Assembly: GCA_965214405.1 (NCBI GenBank)
Contig: OZ243956.1
Location: 3,008,001-3,072,000, forward strand
DNA: 64,000 nt
Direction of reading: 5' to 3'
Origin: Trueperaceae bacterium
GTDB taxonomy: Bacteria; Deinococcota; Deinococci; Deinococcales; Trueperaceae
The notes below the pieces were generated by a model, which searched no databases, had not been told where the DNA came from, and worked only from the letters and a program-made list of their open reading frames with translations. Numbering within the stretch: the first letter of the stretch is position 1; the number at the start of each line of letters is the position of its first letter. Position numbers and translations under genes: made by a program. Positions 50,676 to 60,318 of the stretch are shown here, piece by piece.

Positions 50676-50757
50676 TTGCATTTTAGAGCGCTTTGATATA
50701 GAGTACAGCAGGAGGTGATACCTTAAAAATTAAGGTATCGGATGGAGAAGTCCATCC
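50676..50757 (+). promoter_or_regulatory. Sigma70-like promoter followed by two tandem inverted repeats
   Basis: TTGCAT-N17-TAGAGT; GATACCTTAA-aaa-TTAAGGTATC; GGATGGA-gaag-TCCATCC. Confidence 0.55.
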
Positions 50758-50807
50758 TGAGCGTGAGTCGGAAACAGACAAGCCACACCGAGTAGATATA
50801 GAAGGAG

Positions 50808-51179
50808 ATGCGTATGAGAAATGCCCTCAACTGGTTCGACATTCCCGTGAAAGACATGGATCGCGCCAAGACGTTTTACGGCGCGGTTCTCGACGCCAAG
50901 CTCGAGGACTACCCTATGCCAGATGGACAAAAAATGGCGATGCTTCCCGATTACGACGGTGTCGGCGGCGCGCTCATGCAGGGCGCGAACTATACGCCGA
51001 GCCACGACGGTGCGCTTGTTTACCTGAACGGCGGCGACGACTTACAGGCCATCCAAGACCGCATTGCAGACGCGGGCGGTACGGTGCTGCAAGAGAAAAT
51101 GAGCATCGGCGAAAACGGCTTCATCGCCATTTTTCAGGACAGCGAAGGCAACAAGGTCGGTTTACATTCGCTGGCCTAA
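50808..51179 (+). CDS. VOC/glyoxalase family protein
   Basis: WFDIPVKDMDRAKTFY, DSEGNKVGLH. Confidence 0.92.
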   Translation: MRMRNALNWFDIPVKDMDRAKTFYGAVLDAKLEDYPMPDGQKMAMLPDYDGVGGALMQGANYTPSHDGALVYLNGGDDLQAIQDRIADAGGTVLQEKMSIGENGFIAIFQDSEGNKVGLHSLA

Positions 51180-51266
51180 TGCCTTCTCGGGGCGGTTCTC
51201 CCACCGCCCCGCTTTTCTGTAATAGGCGACTTCGTGACAGGGACTTTGTGAGAGGTGGCAGGGTAG

Positions 51267-51431
51267 GCTCGAGCCGTCTTTACCCTCCAAGTTGATGACG
51301 TAGACGCCATGTGCGAGAAGCTCAGAGCGCGCGGCGTGGAACTGCTGAACGGCCCGGCGGACCGCCCTTGGGGCATCCGAACCGCCAGCTTTAGAGACCC
51401 TGCGGGGCGTGTTTGGGAGCTAGCCAAGTAG
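51267..51431 (+). pseudogene. C-terminal remnant of a VOC family gene
   Basis: ARAVFTLQVDDVDAMCEKLRARGVELLNGPADRPWGIRTASFRDPAGRVWELAK* preceded by in-frame TAG. Confidence 0.8.
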
Positions 51432-51459
51432 CCAGAAGAACGCTCGAGAGGGAGGAAAC

Positions 51460-51900
51460 GTGAAAAGCCACAGCACCAACACCTACAACACCTTTATTAA
51501 AACCGCCGAAGATTGTCCCGTAACCGTTGCGGAAGTTCCGCCTGAAAAGGGCGACAGAAAAACCGTTGCCAATCTTCAGTACAGCGTGATTCAGGGGCAC
51601 CCCTACCGCTACACCTCCGACGACGTGCTGTTTGCCGTGTACGCAGAAAGACAAGCCATTCCCGAAAAAGACCGTGCGACTCAGCGCGAAAAATTCTTCT
51701 CAAAAGGTCAGCCGTGTATGCGGGCGTCGCCGCTGCCCAAACGCTACGGCTGGGGGATTCATAGCAACGCGGAGGGGAAGCTCGCCCTGGTCGCCGTCGA
51801 AGACACGAACTACAAAAAACTTGCAAGCGACCCAACGATAGCCCACCTCGAGGCGATGCGTTCAAAAAAGCGTAAACGTTTAGGCTCGAGCCCCCCATAA
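51460..51900 (+). CDS. DUF6157-like protein
   Basis: TNTYNTFI..AEDCP, FFSKGQPCMRASPLPKRYGWG. Confidence 0.8.
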   Translation: MKSHSTNTYNTFIKTAEDCPVTVAEVPPEKGDRKTVANLQYSVIQGHPYRYTSDDVLFAVYAERQAIPEKDRATQREKFFSKGQPCMRASPLPKRYGWGIHSNAEGKLALVAVEDTNYKKLASDPTIAHLEAMRSKKRKRLGSSPP

Positions 51901-51911
51901 GGAGGAACCCC

Positions 51912-52325
51912 ATGACAAACCGCGCCACCGGAACCTTTGAAGTAGACTTAAAACCACAAGCTCTGGCCCATAGCGAAGCGGACGCGGCGCTCGGCAGGCT
52001 GTCCATCGTCAAGCAGTTTCACGGCGACTTGGAGGGCACGAGTAAAGGCGAGATGTTGAGCGCCAGAACGAGCGTCGAAGATTCCGCCGGTTACGTCGCC
52101 ATCGAAAAGGTCACGGGCACGTTGCGCGGGCGGCAGGGGACGTTTGTGCTGCAACACTCGAGCACCATGACCCGCGGCGAGGGCGAGCAGAACATCACCG
52201 TCGTACCGGATTCGGGCACGGGGGAGCTGGCGGGGCTTAGGGGAAGAATGACTATCCAGGTCGAGGTGGGACACGCTTACACCTTTGAGTACACTTTTAC
52301 CGAGGAAAGTGGGGCAACTCAGTGA
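51912..52325 (+). CDS. DUF3224 protein
   Basis: FHGDLEG, GYVAIE, FVLQH, VVPDSGTGELAGL. Confidence 0.88.
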   Translation: MTNRATGTFEVDLKPQALAHSEADAALGRLSIVKQFHGDLEGTSKGEMLSARTSVEDSAGYVAIEKVTGTLRGRQGTFVLQHSSTMTRGEGEQNITVVPDSGTGELAGLRGRMTIQVEVGHAYTFEYTFTEESGATQ

Positions 52326-53188
52326 GTTCACTCGGGGCAGCCCAAACCTTTCTGCTCAACAACGGGCGCTTGCTCGAGCGCCACCTCTTCGGCTACTTGT
52401 TCGACCCTGACTCTCAACCTGGCTCCCGCGATAAAGTTATAAACGCACTCAAGGCTTACCAAAACGAGGACGGCGGCTTCGGCAACGCGCTCGAGCCCGA
52501 CAAGCGCACCTCCTCTTCGCAACCCATCGACCAAGAGAGCGCCTTAAAAGTTATGGACGAGGTCGGCTTAAATGGCGAGATGGTTAAAGGCATGTGCGAC
52601 TTTCTCACTACGATTACGACGGACGAGGGCGGCGTCCCGTTCACCCTGCCGAGCGTACAAGACGCTCCTCACGCCCCCTGGTGGGGTACGGACGAAGCCG
52701 ACCCGCCCGCCTCACTCAACCCGACGGCAAGCATTGCGGGGCTCTTGCACAAGCACAGCTACATGCACCCTTGGTTGGAGAGGGCGACAACCTTTTGTTG
52801 GGAGAAATTAGAGGCTCCCGGTGACGCAGAAGTTCACACCCTGCTCAGCGTGATGGTGTTTCTCGAGCACGCCCCCGACCGCACGCGGGCCGAGGCTGTT
52901 TTCGAAAGTATCAAAGAGCAGATTTTGAATGCGACGGCCGTTAAGCTGGACACCGAGGGTTACGTTCACCCGCCCTACGCCTTCGCGCCGACACCGGGCA
53001 GCCTTGCGAGGCAGCTTTACAGTGACGAACTGATGGACAAACACCTAGACGCGCTCGCCGAACAGCAGCAAGACGACGGCGGCTGGCCCATCGCCTGGCC
53101 CCCGGTGAGTCCGGGCTGCGAATTGGAATACCGGGGCGTCGTTACACTGAACGCGCTTCTGACGCTTCGTGCTTACGAAAAACTTTAG
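52322..53188 (+). CDS. Prenyltransferase/squalene-oxidase repeat-like conserved protein
   Basis: YQNEDGGFGNALEPD, QQDDGGW. Confidence 0.75.
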   Translation: MSSLGAAQTFLLNNGRLLERHLFGYLFDPDSQPGSRDKVINALKAYQNEDGGFGNALEPDKRTSSSQPIDQESALKVMDEVGLNGEMVKGMCDFLTTITTDEGGVPFTLPSVQDAPHAPWWGTDEADPPASLNPTASIAGLLHKHSYMHPWLERATTFCWEKLEAPGDAEVHTLLSVMVFLEHAPDRTRAEAVFESIKEQILNATAVKLDTEGYVHPPYAFAPTPGSLARQLYSDELMDKHLDALAEQQQDDGGWPIAWPPVSPGCELEYRGVVTLNALLTLRAYEKL

Positions 53189-53312
53189 GAGTGCTCATGA
53201 TGGTATCCGCTGAAACGTTGCCCAAAATCGTCGCCGAGCTGTTCGGCGAAGCCCACACGGGCTTGAAAAAGGGTCGGGGCGGTTAGAGAATCTTAGCTGT
53301 GAGAGGAAAACC

Positions 53313-53858
53313 TTGATTCACCCGAAAGCTCGAGGCCTCGAAACACCCCGCTTGCACCTGCGCCAGTTCGGGCCGGAGGATGCAGACGTGCTTGCCGAGA
53401 TTTACGGTGACCCTGACGTGATGGCGTTCATCAGTGACGGCGTTCAGACAAGGGAGCAGGTGGTCCAGATGCTGGGCGAGTACCGGACTCAGTGGGAGGG
53501 ACACCCCTGGGGTTTGTGGGCGGTTGTGTATAGGGCAGATGCCGTGCTCATCGGCGTGGGCGGGTTCGTGGCTCCGGCGGAGGTCGCCTATATTCTCGCC
53601 AAAGCGTACTGGGGGCGCGGCTTGGCGACGGAAATCATGCAGGCGTGTTTGTGGTACGGCTTCGCCCACTTGAAGCTCGAGCGTGTCGGCGCGGGCGCGC
53701 TACTTTCCAATGAGGCGTCCTTGCGCGTCATTAGAAAAGCCGGTCTGAGGCGTACCGAAAATGAGCACTTCGACGCGAACGGCGGCGCTTACTACGCGGT
53801 GACTCGAGAGGCGTATAGGGCGGCGCAAAGGGAATTTCGGCTGTGCGCGGTTCGTTGA
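53313..53858 (+). CDS. GNAT (RimJ/RimL-like) acetyltransferase
   Basis: LETPRLHLR, YWGRGLATE, NEASLRVIRKAG. Confidence 0.88.
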   Translation: MIHPKARGLETPRLHLRQFGPEDADVLAEIYGDPDVMAFISDGVQTREQVVQMLGEYRTQWEGHPWGLWAVVYRADAVLIGVGGFVAPAEVAYILAKAYWGRGLATEIMQACLWYGFAHLKLERVGAGALLSNEASLRVIRKAGLRRTENEHFDANGGAYYAVTREAYRAAQREFRLCAVR

Positions 53859-53913
53859 GATGTTCTGGAGGTGGTGTTCGTGGTTGATGAGGTAGACACG
53901 TTTGTGAGCACTA

Positions 53914-54014
53914 CACAACGCGCACCACCGGGGCCAGGTGTCGCTGCGCTGAAAACTTCCGGCTTCCCGTTACCCGGCGACGACGCTGTGTGGGAACCGT
54001 GGAAAGGCGGATAG
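53914..54014 (+). pseudogene. Frameshifted C-terminal remnant of a DinB family gene
   Basis: HNAHHRGQV then, in another frame, ALKTSGFPLPGDDAVWEPWKGG*. Confidence 0.6.
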
Positions 54015-54099
54015 CTGTCACGCCGTTATGCGCCGGTTCGGCACGCGTTTCAGCTCAGGGAGCTCTTAGAGCAACAAAGCTAAGGGCTTCTTATTCAGC

Positions 54100-55038
54100 C
54101 TATCTCAACCTGTCGGGACGCAACGGGCCGCCCGCGTCCGGCTTGCCCTCGAGCCGGTTGTTGTAAATGCGCTGGGTCGGGTAGGCGAGGTCGATGTCGT
54201 CGTGTTTGGCGAATTCGCGTAAAATATCCTCCCAAATCGCCTCGGCGGTGCCGCGGCGGCGGCGGGGCTGGCAAAGGAAGCGCATGGTCAGCAAGATGCC
54301 GCTGTCCTCGACGCTCGTGTAAACGATCGGCGTGAGCTTCGAAAAAACGATGTAGTAGCGTCTCGCCGCCATCCTCACGCGCCGCGCTGCGGAGTCCGAG
54401 AGCATCTCGGCGTGGCGGTGGACGGCCTCGTGAACGATGCGTTTGGCCTCCTCCCAGTTGCTCTCAAAAGTGACGAGCACCGGGATCTCGTGCCAGATGT
54501 AGGGGAAGCCCTGGGTATAGTTCGCCAGCGGCTCCTTGAAAATCTTGCCGTTGGGCACGTGGATGATGCGCCCGGTGCTCTGGTCGGCGGCCACCCAGTT
54601 GCCGATTTCTATCAAAGAAAAGGCGAAGGGCCGCAGGTCGATGACGTCGCCCCGGAACTCGCCCATCTGGATGCGGTCGCCCACCTCGAAGGGGCGGCGC
54701 GTGAGGATAAACACCCAGCCCGCGAGCCCCGTGACGAGGTCTGAAAGGGCGATCGCCAGACCCGCCGAGACGAGACCCAAAAAAGTCGCCAGGGACGGCA
54801 GGCCCTCGAGCCACACCCGAACGATGAGCACAATCCCCAGCGCTATGGCCGTGTAGTGAATCGTTTTGCCCCAGCGGTAGCGGGTGCGCGGGCTGTTGCT
54901 GCGCCAGTGAACGAGCCAAATAAGGAGCGTTTGCAATCCCCAGAGCGCTAGAACGATGAGTAACGAAGCGAGGATGTGACCCACCACCACGATTTCCAGA
55001 CCCGTCACGGACTGTATCCATCTGGTGAGCGTGTTCAT
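54100..55038 (-). CDS. Small-conductance mechanosensitive channel (MscS family)
   Basis: SAGLAIAL, RPFEVGDRI, VPN. Confidence 0.92.
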   Translation of the reverse strand: MNTLTRWIQSVTGLEIVVVGHILASLLIVLALWGLQTLLIWLVHWRSNSPRTRYRWGKTIHYTAIALGIVLIVRVWLEGLPSLATFLGLVSAGLAIALSDLVTGLAGWVFILTRRPFEVGDRIQMGEFRGDVIDLRPFAFSLIEIGNWVAADQSTGRIIHVPNGKIFKEPLANYTQGFPYIWHEIPVLVTFESNWEEAKRIVHEAVHRHAEMLSDSAARRVRMAARRYYIVFSKLTPIVYTSVEDSGILLTMRFLCQPRRRRGTAEAIWEDILREFAKHDDIDLAYPTQRIYNNRLEGKPDAGGPLRPDRLR

Positions 55039-55043
55039 GCTTT

Positions 55044-55952
55044 TTAGAGCATACCCTCTTTAGGAGGGCTGAGAAACTCGAGCATCCCCTCGTTCACCCT
55101 TTCACGCGCGTCTATCTGCACCCAGTGACTCGCTTGACGAATGCGGAGGAGGCGAAGGTGAGGGACAAACGGCTCTAAACTTTGGGTGAGTTTCACGTCT
55201 AAAAACTCGTCCTGCTCGCCCCAAACGAGGAGCGTCGGCACGGTGACTGGACCATGCTGCGTCCCGCCACCCCGTAAAACCTGGCGCAACGCCGCCCGAA
55301 ACGCCGCCCGGTAGTAGTTAATGGATGCACGGAGCGCGCCCGGTTGCAGCAGCGCGTCGGTGTAGCGGTCCGAATCTTCGTCGGTAAAAAGTTCGGGGCG
55401 CAGGCTGCCGTGCCGGAGGGTCTGCTCGAGCGCCCGCCTCCCTCCCAGACGAAAAAGCAGCTCGGGCAGCCACGGAAGCTGAAAAAAGAGGATGTACCAC
55501 GATTTGCGGATTTGCTTCCAGCTTTTAAGCTCGCGCGCAAAGGCGGCGGGGTGCGGCGCGTTCATCACCACGAGCTTGCCCACCCGCTCCGGGTAGCGCG
55601 CCGCCACCGCCCACGCCACCGCGCCGCCCCAGTCGTGACCGACCACGACCGCCCGACGCTCGCCAGCGTGCGAGATGAGCGCAGCTACGTCGGCGCTGAG
55701 GTGTTTAATACGATAGGCAGCCACGCCGGGCGGTTTTTCTGACAGGTTGTAGCCGCGCATGTCGAGGGCAATCACCCGAAAGCCCGCGCGGGTCAGCGCG
55801 GGGATTTGGAAGCGCCAGGAGTACCAGAATTCGGGAAAACCGTGGAGCAAGATGACGAGCGGCCCACGACCCGCCGCGACCCCTGCTTCAACATAGTGCA
55901 GCCGCACGCCGTTCACGACGGCCTGATGGTGCGTCCACGGTCCCTCAATCAT
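55044..55952 (-). CDS. Alpha/beta hydrolase, epoxide hydrolase-like
   Basis: HGFPE, GHDWG, WGEQD, SHW. Confidence 0.93.
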   Translation of the reverse strand: MIEGPWTHHQAVVNGVRLHYVEAGVAAGRGPLVILLHGFPEFWYSWRFQIPALTRAGFRVIALDMRGYNLSEKPPGVAAYRIKHLSADVAALISHAGERRAVVVGHDWGGAVAWAVAARYPERVGKLVVMNAPHPAAFARELKSWKQIRKSWYILFFQLPWLPELLFRLGGRRALEQTLRHGSLRPELFTDEDSDRYTDALLQPGALRASINYYRAAFRAALRQVLRGGGTQHGPVTVPTLLVWGEQDEFLDVKLTQSLEPFVPHLRLLRIRQASHWVQIDARERVNEGMLEFLSPPKEGML

Positions 55953-55961
55953 CTAAGAACT

Positions 55962-56375
55962 TTAATCTTTCTCGCGCATTTCCCGCCGCCGCATCGGCAT
56001 CGCGTCGATGACGGTGTAAAGCACGTCCGGCTCGACGGGCTCACTGTAGCGTTCCTTCTCGCCACCGTCTTTGCCGATGAGGATGACTGTCAGAGCGTTC
56101 TCGGGCACGGCGTAGCGCTCACGCAGGGTGGCGGCTGTTTCTGAAGAAGGGTGCTCGAGCCCGCCTGCATCGCCAAAAAGATGGAACACAAGTAGGTCAC
56201 GGTCTTTGAGAGCCGCATCTTCATTCTCTAACAAGCGACGTTGCGCCTCGTATGCCCCATTTTCGGGCGAAGGCGCGAACACGAGCAGCAGGCGGTTCTG
56301 CCAGCGGTAAGGGGACAAGTCGGCGGACGAAAGGGGTTGAAACATGGCGGCTCCCGTTATGAGCAGTAGAAGCAT
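55962..56375 (-). CDS. DUF4174 protein
   Basis: YRWQNRLLLVFAP, LIGKDGGEK, IDAMPMRRRE. Confidence 0.88.
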   Translation of the reverse strand: MLLLLITGAAMFQPLSSADLSPYRWQNRLLLVFAPSPENGAYEAQRRLLENEDAALKDRDLLVFHLFGDAGGLEHPSSETAATLRERYAVPENALTVILIGKDGGEKERYSEPVEPDVLYTVIDAMPMRRREMREKD

Positions 56376-56402
56376 CTTTGAACCTTGACTGGACCGAACG
56401 CG

Positions 56403-57362
56403 CTACGACGCATCTGCTTGGGTGTAGGCTTTTACGCTGCTTTCCGAACGGTCCTTCAGAGATTCCGCCTCGATAAAGATGCGCTTGATGTCGGGATGTT
56501 CGGCGCGGATAGTTTGCTCGAGCCTGTCCACCGCCCCCGTCACCTCCGCCGCCGAGAGTTCGGGCCGGAACTGAACGTCTAAGTTGAGGAGTATCTGCCT
56601 GGGGGCCAGGTGCATCGTCAGCGGTCGGCCCACCCGCTCGACCGCCGGGTCGCGCTCGGCAAGCGCGCGCACGCCCTTCACGACCGTTTCGCCCGCGCTC
56701 TCGCCCAACAAGAGCTCCTTGCTCTCGTAGGCCAGAAACACCGCCACGAGCGCCAGAATCACCCCGATGATGAGCGAGGCGACCCCGTCGAGGATGGGCA
56801 TGTCGAGCTGGTGCCCCAAAAACACCCCCAAAAAGGCCACCACGAGACCCAGCATCGCGGCGGTGTCCTCACCCAAAACGATAAAGATGGCCGGGTCCTT
56901 GCTTTCCCGGAGCGCGCGCCAGATGCTCCTTTTCCCGCGCGTTGCCAGGAGCGCCCGGAGCGCGATCCACCAGGCGAAAAACTCGACCACCACCGCGATG
57001 CCCAGTACCACATAGTTCCAGGTCGGGTCGCCCATTTCGCTCGGGTGCCGGAGGTGCCTCACGCCCTCGTAAAACGAAATACCGCCGCCGATGCCAAAAA
57101 GCAGCATGGCGACAATGAGGCTCCAGAAGTAGAGCTCTTTGCCGTAGCCAAAGGGGTGGTGGTCGTCGGCGGGTTTGGCGCTCCGCCGGATACCCAGAAG
57201 GATGAGGAGCTGATTGCCCGTGTCCACGACCGAGTGGACGCCTTCGGAAAGCATCGCCGAGGAACCGGTAACGCCCGCCGCGACGAACTTGGTGATGGCG
57301 ATGATAAAGTTCGCGCCCGCGGCGGCGTAGACCGCGGTGGGTTTGTCGGAATGTCCGGCCAT
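56403..57362 (-). CDS. Cation diffusion facilitator
   Basis: SAMLSEGVHSVVD, HPFGYGKE, EDTA. Confidence 0.93.
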   Translation of the reverse strand: MAGHSDKPTAVYAAAGANFIIAITKFVAAGVTGSSAMLSEGVHSVVDTGNQLLILLGIRRSAKPADDHHPFGYGKELYFWSLIVAMLLFGIGGGISFYEGVRHLRHPSEMGDPTWNYVVLGIAVVVEFFAWWIALRALLATRGKRSIWRALRESKDPAIFIVLGEDTAAMLGLVVAFLGVFLGHQLDMPILDGVASLIIGVILALVAVFLAYESKELLLGESAGETVVKGVRALAERDPAVERVGRPLTMHLAPRQILLNLDVQFRPELSAAEVTGAVDRLEQTIRAEHPDIKRIFIEAESLKDRSESSVKAYTQADAS

Positions 57363-57478
57363 AAGGGTCTCCCAAACGAGTCAAAATACAAACGAACCCA
57401 TCTTACCCTCTTGTGGAGAAGACTCGAGTGCAAAACGCTCTTTCAAAGCGGGGGGCACGAAATCTTCTCGGTTCCGCT

Positions 57479-58200
57479 TCATCCTTTACGCGCCCGCACG
57501 ATTAAAAAGCTAGGCATCTTCAACAGCCTCTCAAAAAGCTCGGGCTCGGCGCGTTTGAATTGGGGCGTGGGCCGGGGCTCGAGCACCCTCTCCATCACGA
57601 ACCCCGCACCCGCGAGCGCTTCTGTCAACGCCGAGAGCGGGCGAGCATATAGCGTTATGGGTCCAATGCTCTTTTCCACGGTGAGGCGTTGGGTTTGCAT
57701 ATAGCTTTCAGGTCTGAAGTCCAGATAGTCTGCAAAGGGATGAGGCAGCGACAGAAGGAACAGACCGTCAGGCTTGAGCACCCTCGCAAGCTCCCCAAAA
57801 ACGTCTTCCCAATCCTCGAGATAATGCAAACAAGCGAGCACACAGCCAGGTCAAAAGAGGCGGACGAAAAGGGGAGAGGGAGACGCAAATCCGCCCTTAG
57901 AACTTCGGCACGACCCCCAACCCTCGCCCGCGTGATGGCGACCATCTTTTCAGAGGCGTCGATGGCGGTGACATTGGCACCACGCTCCACCAAATACTGC
58001 GTGTACCAGCCCGGCCCGCAGCCCGCGTCGAGCACGGCGAGACCTGTCACAGGAGGCAAAAGCGCGGTCACGGCGGGTCTCTCATAGTGGGCGTGGAAAA
58101 GCTTCGCGTCGTCCGCCGCCGCGTACGCCTCGGCTTCTCGTTCAAACGCGTCTGCCGCGTTCATTTTCTCGGGCCGCGCGTTTGGGTTCGCCTCGTCCAC
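57479..58200 (-). pseudogene. Class I SAM-dependent methyltransferase with 1-bp frameshift
   Basis: VLDAGCGPG..FDLAVCSLV in one frame, LHYLEDW..RVLKPDG in another; break at A-run 57828-57830. Confidence 0.85.
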
Positions 58201-58321
58201 AGATTTATCCTACAAATTCACACCACAGGCTTGCCGGATTTCGCTTCTTCTTCGGCAAAAACAGTCGGTTTTGCCGCTCCCAAGAACGTCCGGACGGGCG
58301 TTTATCGGTAGGATAGGGGGG

Positions 58322-59176
58322 ATGACGCGCAGACTCCGCGAGAACTTAGGCAACATCATTTTTGAAACCGATACCCCGGCGGCCAAACTGTTCGACGTGG
58401 TGGTGCTCTGGGCGATTCTTTTGAGCGTGGCGCTGGTGATGTTGGAGAGCGTGCTCAGCCTGCGCGCTCAGTATGGCGGGGTGCTGCGGGCGCTCGAGTG
58501 GGGCTTCACCGTGCTTTTTACCGTGGAATACCTCCTCCGCATCTACGCCGCCAGAAAGCGGCTGCGCTACGTGACCTCCTTTTACGGCGTGGTGGATCTC
58601 CTGGCGGTGCTGCCGAGTTACTTAAGTCTGATTATCGCCGGTTCGCAGTATTTTATCGTCATCCGCTCCCTGCGCCTCCTGCGCGTGTTCCGGGTGCTCA
58701 AGCTGGCGCGCTATCTGGGCGAGGCCAACACGCTCGCCAGGGCGCTCCGCGCGAGCCGCGTTAAAATTATCGTGTTCTTGTGGACCGTACTCACTTTGGT
58801 TATTATCATCGGCTCGGTGATGTATCTGGTCGAGGGGGCCGACAGCGGCTTTACGAACATCCCCATCAGCGTCTACTGGGCCATCGTCACCCTCACGACG
58901 GTCGGCTACGGCGACATCGCGCCGCGGACGCCCTTGGGTCAGACGCTTTCAGCGCTGGTGATGATTTTGGGCTACGCCATCATCGCGGTGCCGACGGGCA
59001 TCGTCACGACCGAGCTGGGCCGCGCGTCGCAAGAAGAGCGGGAGAAGCGGCTGCGGGTCGTATGCCCCCACTGTGGACTAAGCGGCCACGACGTGGACGC
59101 GGTTCACTGCAAATACTGCGGCGAAACCTTGCCGGTTGAGGCTGGCGAGAGCAAAGTTCAAGTGGTTGCGCCTTAG
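58322..59176 (+). CDS. Voltage-gated-type potassium channel
   Basis: RLLRVFRVLKL S4, TVGYGD filter, C-terminal CPHC..CKYC. Confidence 0.95.
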   Translation: MTRRLRENLGNIIFETDTPAAKLFDVVVLWAILLSVALVMLESVLSLRAQYGGVLRALEWGFTVLFTVEYLLRIYAARKRLRYVTSFYGVVDLLAVLPSYLSLIIAGSQYFIVIRSLRLLRVFRVLKLARYLGEANTLARALRASRVKIIVFLWTVLTLVIIIGSVMYLVEGADSGFTNIPISVYWAIVTLTTVGYGDIAPRTPLGQTLSALVMILGYAIIAVPTGIVTTELGRASQEEREKRLRVVCPHCGLSGHDVDAVHCKYCGETLPVEAGESKVQVVAP

Positions 59177-59234
59177 TCCAGAGAAGTTTGGTTCAGAACT
59201 TTCGTGGGACACGGAGTAGCACGAAAAGAGGTGT

Positions 59235-59735
59235 TTGGTGGGAACGAACGGAGAGCTTCGCACTACCCGCCGCGCCGTGTTGGAAGACGCGGCGGCCATC
59301 GCACTTATTTATAACCACGGCATCGAAGATCGCGTCGCCACCTTTGAGACGCAGCTTAGAAACGAGGACGACGTAAAAGCTTGGTTTGACGGGCATTATT
59401 CGGTTGTGGTGGTCGAAGCCGGAGGAGATGTGAAAGCCTTTGCCTCGACCTCGCTCTACCGCTCGAGACCCTGCTACCGGGGCATTGCCGAATTCTCCGT
59501 CTACGTGCGGCGGGAGGCCAGGGAACAGGGCTACGGACGTCTGGCGATGACCGCGCTTATAGAAGAGGCCGCCAAAGCAGGGTTCTGGAAGCTTGTGTCT
59601 CGAGTGTTTCCTGAAAACAAAGCTAGCTTGAGACTCCTCGCCTCGCTCGGCTTCCGTGAGGTCGGCGTGTATGAAAAGCACGCGCAGCTTGACGGTGTCT
59701 GGCGGGACGTGGTGATTGTCGAGCGGTTGCTGTGA
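59235..59735 (+). CDS. Phosphinothricin/arsinothricin-type GNAT acetyltransferase (ArsN1-like)
   Basis: IYNHGIEDRVATFE, CYRGIAEFSVYV, WKLVSRVFPEN, WRDVVIVE. Confidence 0.85.
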   Translation: MVGTNGELRTTRRAVLEDAAAIALIYNHGIEDRVATFETQLRNEDDVKAWFDGHYSVVVVEAGGDVKAFASTSLYRSRPCYRGIAEFSVYVRREAREQGYGRLAMTALIEEAAKAGFWKLVSRVFPENKASLRLLASLGFREVGVYEKHAQLDGVWRDVVIVERLL

Positions 59736-59983
59736 GTGTGGTTGGGAATTTGCTTGGGCTGAGAGGTTCAAAATCAAAGGGTAGAGCCGACGAACTAGAA
59801 TGCAAGTATGGATACCTCGAGCGTCTTTTTCCTCTTCGCGGCGACCTATCTGGTGAGCGTGACGCAGGTGATGCTGTCGGTGGGGCTGGCGGAGGCGGCG
59901 GTTTTTGTCGGGACGGTGCTGTTGGTGCCGTTGTTAATGGGCTCGAGGGGGTGAGAAGGCTTGAACGGGGTGGTGGCGACTGC

Positions 59984-60012
59984 TTGATTAGCATGCTCCC
60001 GCATGCTATTGT
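59984..60012 (+). promoter_or_regulatory. Promoter of the HTH-MTase operon with two GCATGC sites in the spacer
   Basis: TTGATT(59984-89)-AGCATGCTCCCGCATGC-TATTGT(60007-12), 17-bp spacer, TGn extended -10. Confidence 0.75.
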
Positions 60013-60024
60013 TAGGTAGATGTT

Positions 60025-60318
60025 ATGGCGCGGTACAAGCACAATTTGGAAAGGTTAATGATGCGAGTGCTCCTCGAGAAACAAGGCGAGGGGCCTTTAT
60101 CCCTTAACGAAATCGTAACCGAGATTAGAAGACTTATCCCAGACGCCTTACCGGGCAAATCCCCAAGCAAATCTCTTTACTCAACAATTTATAGACGCGA
60201 GAAAAGGCGTAAAGAGCGCGGGCTCACGCCCGCATTCATCAGTCACAAAAGAGATTTGGTCGCGCGTTATAGCGTAAACCCCGACTTCAACCCAGAGGAG
60301 GCTGGGAGAAAGATATGA
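60025..60318 (+). CDS. Stand-alone HARE-HTH-like winged helix protein
   Basis: VLLEK..GPLSLNEIVTEI..GKSPSKSLYSTIY..F pattern; ATGA overlap with MTase. Confidence 0.7.
   Translation: MARYKHNLERLMMRVLLEKQGEGPLSLNEIVTEIRRLIPDALPGKSPSKSLYSTIYRREKRRKERGLTPAFISHKRDLVARYSVNPDFNPEEAGRKI

Noticed and set aside
50757..50790. Hammerhead ribozyme (CTGA...GAAA)
   Set aside because: The CUGAnGA core and required stems are not present
56610..57704. 364-aa plus-strand ORF
   Set aside because: Antisense shadow of the CDF transporter
59623..60042. ORFs 59732-60019 (+) and 59623-60042 (-) as extra island genes
   Set aside because: Low-complexity, no recognisable motif, and they overlap the predicted promoter; cannot be supported
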